From Candidatus Fermentibacteraceae bacterium (lineage in GTDB: Bacteria > Fermentibacterota > Fermentibacteria > Fermentibacterales > JCC-6), in contig JBGSZS010000004.1 in the NCBI GenBank assembly GCA_041750285.1, positions 96,001 through 160,000 on the forward strand: a stretch of 64,000 bases of DNA. Reading direction: 5' to 3'. Of the stretch, positions 38,374 through 46,843 are shown piece after piece; the stretch's first letter is position 1; every line of letters begins with the position of its first letter. The notes beneath the pieces are model-generated. The model saw only the letters and a list, made by a program, of their open reading frames with translations. It did not search any database and was not told where the DNA came from. Position numbers and translations under genes: made by a program.

Positions 38374-39510
38374 ATGGCAAACCCCTTCTCATACGGCGGC
38401 ATCGTAAGCGACAGGCAGTTCTGCAACAGGGTCACCGAGCTGCGGGAGCTTGTGAGGGCGGCGAAGAACAGCGAGAGGCTCTTCATCCACGGGGAGCGGA
38501 GGGTCGGCAAGACCTCGCTTTTGAAATCAGTGATGGGCAGGATCAGGGAAGCCGGAGGCATCTGCTTCTACATCGACGTATGGAAGTGCGTCGACGAGGC
38601 GGACTTTCGCAGGGTGTGCGCCTCGGCCCTCTCGGGTTACGCTCTGGAGAAGGGAAAGGGCGCCCTTGAAAAACTTGCCGGGCTTTTCTCGGGTGTGGCG
38701 CCCTCATTCGGCATCGACGAGGCGGGAAAGCCCACAGTCACCCTGGTGCGCGACCGAAGCCGGCCCGAGGGGCCCGATGTCGAGGAGATACTTCGGGCGC
38801 CGGGCAGGGTAAGTGCCATGGAGCCGGGAAAACCCGTTCTTGTAGTGTTCGACGAGTTCCAGCAGATCAGGGAGATATCGGGCCTGAGGCTCGAAAAGGT
38901 CATCAGAAGCGTGATACAGGAGGAGACCGGCGTGGCCTGGTTCTTCTGCGGCAGCCGGGCCACGCTTCTCCGCGAGATGTTCCTGAAGAAGGGCAGCCCC
39001 CTCTTCAGGAGTTCGGGGCACTACCCCGTCGGCGCCATCGGCCCTGCCCACTGGCGCCCCTTCATCACGGGGGAGTTCGACCGGAGCGGCAAGAAGATAT
39101 CACCTGAAACTGTAAGGGCGCTCGTTATGGCAACGGGGGGCCACCCCTTCTACACCCAGATGCTCTGCTCCGCCCTCTGGGACATCTCCGGCCACACGGC
39201 CTCCGGGAATGATCTCGAAGCCGCCGTTTCACTTCTTCTGGACAGGGAGAGCGGCACCTATGCAACCCTGTGGAACTCGCTTCCCGACCAGCCCAGGAAG
39301 ATGCTTCGGGCCATTGCCCTCGAAGGCGCACTTCTGAAGCCGACATCGGGGGTCATGGTGAGGAAGTACGGGTTCTCATCGCCTTCCACTGCAAAGAGTG
39401 CCCTGCTTTACCTTCTGAAGCACGACCATGCCTCACAGGACGAAAAGGGGGGCTACCATCTTTCCGACCGGTTCCTGGCCATGTGGTGCCTTCGGAACGT
39501 GGCGACTTAG
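38374..39510 (+). CDS. AAA/STAND-like ('archaeal ATPase' type) ATP-binding protein with C-terminal wHTH
   Basis: NPFSYG...FCNR..E, GERRVGKTS, VVFDEFQ, CGS, TGGHPFYTQ, C-terminal Y.LSDRFLAMW. Confidence 0.85.
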   Translation: MANPFSYGGIVSDRQFCNRVTELRELVRAAKNSERLFIHGERRVGKTSLLKSVMGRIREAGGICFYIDVWKCVDEADFRRVCASALSGYALEKGKGALEKLAGLFSGVAPSFGIDEAGKPTVTLVRDRSRPEGPDVEEILRAPGRVSAMEPGKPVLVVFDEFQQIREISGLRLEKVIRSVIQEETGVAWFFCGSRATLLREMFLKKGSPLFRSSGHYPVGAIGPAHWRPFITGEFDRSGKKISPETVRALVMATGGHPFYTQMLCSALWDISGHTASGNDLEAAVSLLLDRESGTYATLWNSLPDQPRKMLRAIALEGALLKPTSGVMVRKYGFSSPSTAKSALLYLLKHDHASQDEKGGYHLSDRFLAMWCLRNVAT

Positions 39511-39526
39511 GGGACGATACTATCGG

Positions 39527-40771
39527 CTATCCCGTTATCCCGTGCTTTTTCCCGACCTTTTTGAAGGCCGCGATGGCCATGTCGAGGTGCTCGCGGGTGT
39601 GGGCGGCCGAGAGCTGAACCCTGATGCGGGACTGCCCGCGGGCAACCACGGGATAGAAGAAACCGATGGCGTATATCCCCTCTTCCAGAAGGTCGTCGGC
39701 GAACTGCTGCACCAGAACGGCGTCGTTCGGGTACATGCCGAACAGGATGGGGACTATGGCTGTTTCGCCGTCGATTATCGAGAAGCCGGCCTTCTTGATG
39801 CCGCTTCGGAAGTATGCGGCGTTATCGTGGACCCTGTCGCGCAGTTCGGTGCTGCGCTGGATGATGTCGAGCACCTTGAGCGTGCCTCCAACCACCGGCG
39901 GGGCCATGGTGTTGCTGAATACGTAGGGGCGCGACGTCTGCCTGAGCCACTCGACCAGCACCTTTCTGCCTGCCGTGACGCCGCCGCTTGCGCCGCCGCA
40001 CGCCTTGCCGAAGGTCGTGGTGACGAGGTCGGCCCTGCCCAGAACGCCGTGGTGCTCGAGCGAGCCCCTTCCCGTCCTGCCGATGTAGCCCGTTCCGTGG
40101 CTGTCGTCCACCATGAGCAGGGCGTCGTGTTTGTCACACATTTCGACTATGGCGTCGAGGGGGGCGATGTCGCCGTTCATGCTGAAGACGCCGTCGGTTG
40201 CCACCAGCCTGTACCTGGCGTTGCGCACGCTGTCGAGCGTGAGAATGTCCTCGAGGCCGGGAAGTTCCCTGCCGTCGAAGTTCCGAAGGCCCGTGCCGGT
40301 GTGGCAGTGGCTGTAGACGTGGCGCTGCGCCTTGCAAAGCCTTACGCCGTCGATTATCGAGGCGTGGTTGAGCTGGTCCGCTATGATGGCGCACTCCTCG
40401 TCGAGGAAGGGCTGAAAGACCCCGCCGTTGGCGTCGAAGCAGGATGAGTAGAGGATGGCGTCGTCGGTTCCCAGGAACTCCGCAGTCCTTCTCTCCAGTT
40501 CGCGGTGTATGTCCTGCGTGCCGCAGATGAACCGGACGCTCGACAGGCCGAAGCCCCTGGTCCTGAGGGTCTGCGCAGCGGCTTTGACGACCTCGGGATG
40601 GTTGGCCAGGCCAAGGTAGTTGTTGGCGCAGAAGTTGAGGACCTTTTTGCCGCCGGCCACGATTATCTCGGCTCCCTGTGCGGAACTTATGACCCGCTCC
40701 CGCTTCATGAGGCCTTCGTCATCCCTGACTTTCATGAGTTTCGCAAGGTCGACCAGGATTCTGCTGGACAT
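39527..40771 (-). CDS. kbl: Glycine C-acetyltransferase (2-amino-3-ketobutyrate CoA ligase), paralogue B
   Basis: LNFCANNYLGL, SSVRFICGTQDIH, NHASIIDG, TDGVFSM.GD, DDSH, TFGKACGG, RPYVFSN, RIRVQLSAAH. Confidence 0.9.
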   Translation of the reverse strand: MSSRILVDLAKLMKVRDDEGLMKRERVISSAQGAEIIVAGGKKVLNFCANNYLGLANHPEVVKAAAQTLRTRGFGLSSVRFICGTQDIHRELERRTAEFLGTDDAILYSSCFDANGGVFQPFLDEECAIIADQLNHASIIDGVRLCKAQRHVYSHCHTGTGLRNFDGRELPGLEDILTLDSVRNARYRLVATDGVFSMNGDIAPLDAIVEMCDKHDALLMVDDSHGTGYIGRTGRGSLEHHGVLGRADLVTTTFGKACGGASGGVTAGRKVLVEWLRQTSRPYVFSNTMAPPVVGGTLKVLDIIQRSTELRDRVHDNAAYFRSGIKKAGFSIIDGETAIVPILFGMYPNDAVLVQQFADDLLEEGIYAIGFFYPVVARGQSRIRVQLSAAHTREHLDMAIAAFKKVGKKHGITG

Positions 40772-40860
40772 CCGTTCCTCTTCCCGCGCCGGAGTACGGC
40801 AAACGTGAATTTTGTAAGGAAAAAGTGATGCCGGTGTTCGCCGGCGCCGGGAATATAGTG

Positions 40861-40890
40861 AAACCGGGGGCGCGGGTGCGCCCCCGGTTT
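40861..40890 (-). terminator. Strong hairpin between the two kbl paralogues
   Basis: Perfect 13-bp stem aaaccgggggcgc-gggt-gcgcccccggttt, 13 nt after the stop of the upstream kbl. Confidence 0.8.
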
Positions 40891-40903
40891 TCTCCTGTCG
40901 GGG

Positions 40904-42151
40904 CTACATGCCGTACTTGGCGATGATGCCGTTCTTGTCCAGCCCCAGGATGCCGTACTTCTCCCCCACCCTGCGGAACGCTTCCACGCACTTGTCGATG
41001 TGGTGGAATTCGTGGGCGGCGGAGAGCTGAACCCTTATCCGTGCGGCCCCGGCTGGGACCACAGGGAAGAAGAAGCCAATCACGTAGATGCCCTCGGCGT
41101 ACATGTCGCGGGACATGTCGTTGGCCAGTTTGGCGTTGAAGAGCATCACGGGAACGATCGGGGTCGCGCCCTCGCGGATGCAGAGCCCGGCCTCGGTTAT
41201 GCCCTTGCGGAACCTTTCGGTGTTGCGCTCGAGCTTGTCGCGGCGCTCGGTGCTCGACGAAACGAGGTCGATGACCTTGATCGATGCCGCCACGATGGAC
41301 GGGGCCATGGAGTTGGAGAACAGGTAGGGCCTTGCCTTCTGACGGCAGAGCTCGACCAGTTCCCTCCTCCCCGAAACGCAGCCGCCGGAGGCGCCTCCAA
41401 GGCCCTTGCCGAACGTGGTGGTGATGATGTCCACCCTGTCCATCACGCCGAAATGCTCGTGGGTTCCACGGCCCGTTTTCCCGATGAAGCCCGAGGCGTG
41501 GGACTCGTCCACGAGTATCATGGCGTCGTACTTGTCGCAGAGGGCGCACATCTCGTCGAGGGGAGCCAGGTCGCCGTCCATCGAGAACACGCCGTCGGTC
41601 ACCACGAGCCTGTTGCGCTTGTCCTGGTGGAGGATCAGCTTGTTCTCGAGGTGCTTCATGTCCATGTGCTTGAAGGTGTCGTACTCGGCTGAGCACAGCC
41701 TGATGCCGTCGACGAGTGAAGCGTGGATCAGACGGTCCGCTATGATGACGTCCTGCTGGCCGAGGATCGCCTCGAACACCCCGGAGTTGGCGTCCATGCA
41801 CGAGGGAAAGAGCAGTGTCGACTCCATGCCCAGGAACTTCGAGACCTTGTCCTGCAGCTCGCGGTGGATGTCCTGCGTACCGCAGATGAAGCGCACCGAG
41901 CTCATCCCGTAGCCGCGCTCATCAAGGCCCCTGTGGGCGGCCGCCACCACGTCGGGATGGCTGGAGAGCCCGAGGTAGTTGTTGGCGCAGAAATTGAGAA
42001 CCTTTTTCTTCTCCGCGCCCTCGGGGAACTCGACCAGTATCTCCGCGTCCTGCGGAGAGCAGATGAACCGCTTCTCCTTGTACAGCCCCTTCTCCCTTAT
42101 GGAATCGATCTCGGAGCTGAAGGCGGCCCTTGTCTTTTCGCTGTAAGCCAT
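40904..42151 (-). CDS. kbl: Glycine C-acetyltransferase (Kbl-type), paralogue A, adjacent to the carrier protein
   Basis: LNFCANNYLGL, MSSVRFICGTQDIH, IHASLVDG, DESH, TFGKGLGGASGG, ARPYLFSN, RIRVQLSAAH. Confidence 0.9.
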   Translation of the reverse strand: MAYSEKTRAAFSSEIDSIREKGLYKEKRFICSPQDAEILVEFPEGAEKKKVLNFCANNYLGLSSHPDVVAAAHRGLDERGYGMSSVRFICGTQDIHRELQDKVSKFLGMESTLLFPSCMDANSGVFEAILGQQDVIIADRLIHASLVDGIRLCSAEYDTFKHMDMKHLENKLILHQDKRNRLVVTDGVFSMDGDLAPLDEMCALCDKYDAMILVDESHASGFIGKTGRGTHEHFGVMDRVDIITTTFGKGLGGASGGCVSGRRELVELCRQKARPYLFSNSMAPSIVAASIKVIDLVSSSTERRDKLERNTERFRKGITEAGLCIREGATPIVPVMLFNAKLANDMSRDMYAEGIYVIGFFFPVVPAGAARIRVQLSAAHEFHHIDKCVEAFRRVGEKYGILGLDKNGIIAKYGM

Positions 42152-42164
42152 TCGGCGCCTCCCG

Positions 42165-42413
42165 TCAGCCCTGGTGCTTTTTCACCAGGCGGCAGATCGA
42201 TGTGACGGTGTCGAAAGCCTCGGGGGTGGCTTCGTCGTCGGGGAGCTTGATGCTGTACTTCTTCTCGAGGAAGACCTTGAGCGAGACCATCGAGAAGCTG
42301 TCCACAAGACCGGAGGAGATTAGCGGAGTGTCGTATCCGACATCCTGCTCGTCGTCCTCGTCAACGTATTCGCCTATCACGTACTGCAGGATCACGTCCT
42401 TCATTTCGTCCAT
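42165..42413 (-). CDS. Stand-alone acyl/aminoacyl carrier protein (DltC/PCP-like)
   Basis: 82 aa, acidic; DTPLISSGLVDSFSMV phosphopantetheine Ser motif; ..FDTV..I; AAGGAAAGGA RBS. Confidence 0.9.
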   Translation of the reverse strand: MDEMKDVILQYVIGEYVDEDDEQDVGYDTPLISSGLVDSFSMVSLKVFLEKKYSIKLPDDEATPEAFDTVTSICRLVKKHQG

Positions 42414-42446
42414 TTCATGTTTCCTTTCCTTTATGGCAGGTTGTTC

Positions 42447-44192
42447 TCAGTCTTCTTCGAGGGTCGAAAGGTCGCCGGTGTCCTCACCCCACTCCAGGGC
42501 GCGCAGGTAACGCCTGAGTATCTTGCCTGAACGGGTCTTGGGAAGCTTTTCGAGGTATTCGATCTCCTGCGGCATGGCCAGAGGCGAAAGCCTCTTCCTG
42601 ATGAAGTTCATGATGGAGAGCTCGAGGTCGTCGCTTGGTTCGAAACCCGGGTTGAGGGTTACGAACGCCTTGACCACCTCCATGTTGACCTCGTCCGGCT
42701 TGCCAACCGCTGCAGCCTCGGCGATTGCCTCGTGCTCGATGAGGGCCGATTCCACCTCGAAGGGCCCCACCAGGTGCCCACCCGTGTTGATCACATCGTC
42801 ATCGCGCCCGACGAACCAGTAGTAGCCGTCCTTGTCGATGCTTGCCCTGTCGCCGGAGACGTACCATAGGTCCCGGTTCGCCCTGAGCTCGGCGGGAGTG
42901 GCGTTCGCGGGAGCGCCCGGGAACTTGCTGCGGTAAAGGTCGGGCCTCTGCCAGTACTCCCTGAACATCGAGGGCCACCCGGGCCTGAAGGCGATGAGCC
43001 CGACCACACCGGGTTCGGTGACAGGCTTGTGTGTCTTGAGGTCGAGCACCGTGGCAGTGATCCCCGGGAAGGGCTTGCCCATCGATCCGGGCTTGATCTT
43101 CATTCCGGGGTAGTTGGTTATCATCATCGCGCCGGTCTCGGTCTGCCAGAACGTGTCGTGGAAGGGAAGGCCGAACACCTTCTCGCTCCAGATCACGGCC
43201 TCGGAGTTAAGGGGTTCGCCAACCGAGGCGAGGTGGCGGAGCCTCGAGAGGTCGAACTTCGCAACGGCCTCGTCGCCGTCGCGCATCAGGGAACGGATGG
43301 CCGTGGGCGCCGAGTACCATACGGTCACCCTGTTGTCCTGCACGAACTGGTACCATCTGGCCGATGTGAAGCCCGAATCGAGGACGCACTGGGTTATGCC
43401 GAGGCTCCAGGGGCCGATTATGCCGTAGCTGGTCCCCGTCACCCATCCCGGGTCGGCGGTGCACCAGTATACGTCATCCTCCCTGAGGTCGAGGACCCAG
43501 TGGCTGGTGAGGGCCTGGCCCATTACCGAACCGTGTACGTGCTGGGCGCCCTTGGGCTGTCCCGTCGTTCCGGACGTGTAGTGGAGCACCGACGGGGTCT
43601 CGGAGTCGGACCTGAAAACGTCGAAGGTCTCTACCCTGGGGGCTGTCTCGAAGTCGTAGAAGTGTTCGCCCTCCTTCAGTCTGCCCTGGTCTCCCTCGAC
43701 GACGATGACGTGCTTCAGGTTTGGCAGCCTGTCCTGGATGGCCCTGACCTTCTTCACATGCTTCTGTGTTGTAAGGATGGCCGCTGTCCCCGCGCCTGCG
43801 AGCCTCACCTCGAGAGACTCGTCGCCAAAGGCGCTGAAAAGGGGCTGAACGATGCCGCCCATCTTCAGGACACCCAGGAAGGAGATGTAGAGGGCGGGTA
43901 TCTTGTCCATGAAGACGCATACGCGGTCGCCGGGCTTGATGCCGAGCGACTCGAGCATTTTCGCGAATCCGTTGGAGTAGACCCTTATGTCGTCGAAGGT
44001 GAACGTCTTCTTCTTCCCTCCGAACCCTTCCCATATCATGGCTGTCTTCGAGGCGCCGCCGCGGGCGCAGACCCTGTCGGAGCAGATGGCGCCGATGTTG
44101 AGAAGCTCGCCGTCCTTCCAGTCCAGGACCTTTTTCGCGATGCTCCAGTCGAAATCCTTCAGTCTCTGTTCATAGCTTCCGATGTTGCTCAA
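42447..44192 (-). CDS. acsA: AMP-forming acetate--CoA (or --carrier protein) ligase, AcsA type
   Basis: YTSGTTGQPKG, WCTADPGWVTG, SVGEPL, DTFWQTETG, GRDDDVI, PKTRSGKILRR. Confidence 0.9.
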   Translation of the reverse strand: MSNIGSYEQRLKDFDWSIAKKVLDWKDGELLNIGAICSDRVCARGGASKTAMIWEGFGGKKKTFTFDDIRVYSNGFAKMLESLGIKPGDRVCVFMDKIPALYISFLGVLKMGGIVQPLFSAFGDESLEVRLAGAGTAAILTTQKHVKKVRAIQDRLPNLKHVIVVEGDQGRLKEGEHFYDFETAPRVETFDVFRSDSETPSVLHYTSGTTGQPKGAQHVHGSVMGQALTSHWVLDLREDDVYWCTADPGWVTGTSYGIIGPWSLGITQCVLDSGFTSARWYQFVQDNRVTVWYSAPTAIRSLMRDGDEAVAKFDLSRLRHLASVGEPLNSEAVIWSEKVFGLPFHDTFWQTETGAMMITNYPGMKIKPGSMGKPFPGITATVLDLKTHKPVTEPGVVGLIAFRPGWPSMFREYWQRPDLYRSKFPGAPANATPAELRANRDLWYVSGDRASIDKDGYYWFVGRDDDVINTGGHLVGPFEVESALIEHEAIAEAAAVGKPDEVNMEVVKAFVTLNPGFEPSDDLELSIMNFIRKRLSPLAMPQEIEYLEKLPKTRSGKILRRYLRALEWGEDTGDLSTLEED

Positions 44193-44586
44193 GGCTGCCC
44201 CTTCCGTTCTGTACCGCTGAAAGAACCACTATCGCCACTGCGTTCGTTCCGCAATGGCTTATGGAAACCCTTACATCTCCGACATGCCGCCGGGCTGCGA
44301 GCGCGGCGAGCCTTCCGTGCAGACGGATGCCCACTTCGCCGGACCCGCTGTTCCTTTGGACCTCCACCTCTCTGAAGCCGGGGTCCGGATCGCTCTCATC
44401 AACGCCCAGAGCGGTCAGCACGGCTTTCTTCGCGGCAAACCTGCCCGCGAAGCTCTCATGTCTTCTGGCCCTGCTCACCGCGTAACTGGTCTCGTCAGGC
44501 AGAAAGACACCGCTTATGAACTCATCGGTGAGGTTTCTCCTGAAGTCCGCCAGATCAACGATGTGTATTCCCACCGCCACGATCAA
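44170..44586 (-). CDS. acpS: AcpS-like 4'-phosphopantetheinyl transferase homologue with degenerate active site
   Basis: Fold motifs VGIxIV, F...E, AGRFAAKxA...ALG, VSISH....AVA.V; catalytic D and E replaced (GIHIV, FAAKKA). Confidence 0.8.
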   Translation of the reverse strand: MIVAVGIHIVDLADFRRNLTDEFISGVFLPDETSYAVSRARRHESFAGRFAAKKAVLTALGVDESDPDPGFREVEVQRNSGSGEVGIRLHGRLAALAARRHVGDVRVSISHCGTNAVAIVVLSAVQNGRGSLEQHRKL

Positions 44587-44677
44587 GACGCACCTCTTCC
44601 CGCCGGGCGGAACGCCCGCCGCCGGGAACCCTCCCCGGGAACCCTAACCAGAGACCCGCTTCGTGTCCACAGGCATT

Positions 44678-46843
44678 TCAGGGCCATATCGCCCTGTAGA
44701 TCTCGTAGTTGTGAAAGACAATCTCCACGTACTTCTTGGTTTCGTTGAACGTGATCCTCGAGAAGAACTCTTCCGGGGACGCCGTACCTGCGCCCCAGCG
44801 GACCGCGTTGTGGGGGCCGCCGTTGTAGGCCGCCAGTGTTTCGAACACCCCTCCGCCCATCTCTTCGGAGTAGCCTGAAATGCAGGCAGTCCCGTACTCG
44901 ATCGAGACCCGCGGGTCGTAGAGTGCGTCAGGGGTGAAGTGCTCCCAGCCCCTCTGGTCCGCCACGTACTCGGAGGTGCTCGGGATCATCTGAAGAAGTC
45001 CCCTCGCCCCCGCTGTGGAGTAGACCCCGGGCGAGAATCCGCTCTCCTGTTTCATGATGCTGAAGATAAGCAGAGGGTCGAGGCCGTACCTTGCGCTTGC
45101 AGATTCGACCTGTTCCCCCCATGCCATCGGGTATCTGAGCCTCCACAGTTCCAGGGGCCTGTTGGTCCCCTCAAGGCTCCACATGGTGTAGGCGGCCCAG
45201 GGGCCCCTCTCCCAGACTCCGTGTTCAGCGTAGAACGGGCCAAGGCGGAAAGCCCCTCCCACCTCGGCCTCGGCGGCGCGGAAGAGGTCGATGGCCCATT
45301 CCCTCCTTCCCGCGGCGACGAGGAATGCTCCCGTGACTGCCGACTGCGGAGGGAGTGCCGGAGCGCGTCCGTTGCGGGTCATCCAGATATCGAGGGGTTC
45401 CGTGGTGTAACCGGGCTGCCAGGGGGGCAGACCAAGGTATTCCCTGGCAAAGAAGGCCGGAAGGTTCTCGGGCTTGTCATTGATCAGTGTCTCGAGAATG
45501 ACCCGTCCCCCTGGATCTCCCGCACGGTCGAGAAGCCTGCCGTAGTAGAACCTGGCCGGTGGCGAATAGACGCTTTCGGTCCACCTCGCGATGAACCTTG
45601 CCAGTTCGTCGGGGGCCGATGGATCACCAGTCTCGAGCAGGGCAAGGCAAAGATAGAAATGGGCGTCATCAGCGGTGGTGTTCCCGGGGTACTGCTCCAG
45701 GGTCATTCGGAAATGCGGAATCGACAGCTCGAAAAGGCCGTTTTCGAATAGAAGGCTTCCCCTGTACCAGGGAAGGTTGCTGATGCGCGTGTGGGAAGGC
45801 CATGTGCGTTCATAGAGGTCGAAGAGGTCAAGCGCCCCCTCCACCTCGCCCAGCGCGGCCCTGCTTCTTGCGAGGTTGATCACGGCGTCGGGGGCATCGT
45901 CGCCCCGGGGCCAGCGCCGGATGTATTCGGACAGCATTCGCACCGCTTCATCGTAACGGCCAAGCCTGTCACGTGTCCGGGCGGCAAGGTAGTAGAGGTG
46001 CGCGGGCGGGTTCGGGCTCTGCAGGGCGATCTCGGTGAGCTGGTTCCACATGCCGCCGTCGTAGTAGTGCCCGGCAACCCTCGATGCGATCGCGGGGTCG
46101 GACAGCAGGGTCTCCCTCAGAACCTCGTAGGCCGCTCCGTGGATGTCGCCGGCGGGCCAGAGCGCGAGGGATTCGACCAGGTCGTCCTGCCAGCCCGCAA
46201 GGCCGGCGGCGTGCCTGTGCATTCCCCGGTAATGAAGGATCGCAGACGAAACCTCATCGCCATCGAGGGCTTCCGCCCTTCGCCAGAGGGCTTCCTGCGC
46301 CGCAGTGTCGCCCGTGCCCAGAGCCGCCCTGTAAGAGAGGACCAGGTGATCGTTTCCGGCAGCCCCCGGAAGGCTGTCTCCCGCATGTGAGAGAAAGGCC
46401 GCCGCTTCATCGGGCAGACCGGCTTCGACAAGGGCTTCGGCAGCCGCCAGGGCGGCGTACCCGGAGTGGGGGGTGCCTTGGGAAAGTATCAGGCTGCGGA
46501 GTTCCAGAGCGGCGAAGGCGCCGCCCAGGCGCAGGGCGTGAAACACCGCAACTGAATCGGGGGAGTCAAGCAGCAGGGCCGCCGCTTCCGGGTTCTGCCC
46601 GGGGCAGACTGCGGCGGCTGCATATGCAAGTTCGATCCTCCCGGGATTCCCGGGTTCGAGAGCCATGGCGGCGTCAACATAGGCCTGTGCCGCGGCGTCG
46701 AAGGAACCCAGGGCGCAGAGGCTGTCGGCTTGGGCCCTGAGCCTTGCGCAGCGGGCATCCGGGCTTTCGGGCACGGTTTCGACGGAAACGCTGCCGCACC
46801 CCGCGAGAAGGCAGAGCAGTAGCAGCCCCCTGTTCCTCCTCAA
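44678..46843 (-). CDS. TPR-containing soluble lytic transglycosylase (Slt) lipoprotein
   Basis: Lipobox LAGC; TPR/YfgM-like repeats; IMKQESGF, GARGLLQMIP.T, LAAYNGGP, ETKKYV. Confidence 0.9.
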   Translation of the reverse strand: MRRNRGLLLLCLLAGCGSVSVETVPESPDARCARLRAQADSLCALGSFDAAAQAYVDAAMALEPGNPGRIELAYAAAAVCPGQNPEAAALLLDSPDSVAVFHALRLGGAFAALELRSLILSQGTPHSGYAALAAAEALVEAGLPDEAAAFLSHAGDSLPGAAGNDHLVLSYRAALGTGDTAAQEALWRRAEALDGDEVSSAILHYRGMHRHAAGLAGWQDDLVESLALWPAGDIHGAAYEVLRETLLSDPAIASRVAGHYYDGGMWNQLTEIALQSPNPPAHLYYLAARTRDRLGRYDEAVRMLSEYIRRWPRGDDAPDAVINLARSRAALGEVEGALDLFDLYERTWPSHTRISNLPWYRGSLLFENGLFELSIPHFRMTLEQYPGNTTADDAHFYLCLALLETGDPSAPDELARFIARWTESVYSPPARFYYGRLLDRAGDPGGRVILETLINDKPENLPAFFAREYLGLPPWQPGYTTEPLDIWMTRNGRAPALPPQSAVTGAFLVAAGRREWAIDLFRAAEAEVGGAFRLGPFYAEHGVWERGPWAAYTMWSLEGTNRPLELWRLRYPMAWGEQVESASARYGLDPLLIFSIMKQESGFSPGVYSTAGARGLLQMIPSTSEYVADQRGWEHFTPDALYDPRVSIEYGTACISGYSEEMGGGVFETLAAYNGGPHNAVRWGAGTASPEEFFSRITFNETKKYVEIVFHNYEIYRAIWP

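Noticed and set aside
39527..44586. Interpretation as a sphingolipid (SPT + ACP + acyl-ACP synthetase) or biotin (BioF) locus
   Set aside because: Both PLP enzymes carry Kbl-specific motifs (FCANNYLGL, SVRFICGTQDIH, RIRVQLSAAH) and the ligase has the short-chain Acs pocket; no bio or ceramide genes adjoin. Kept only as an architectural analogy.
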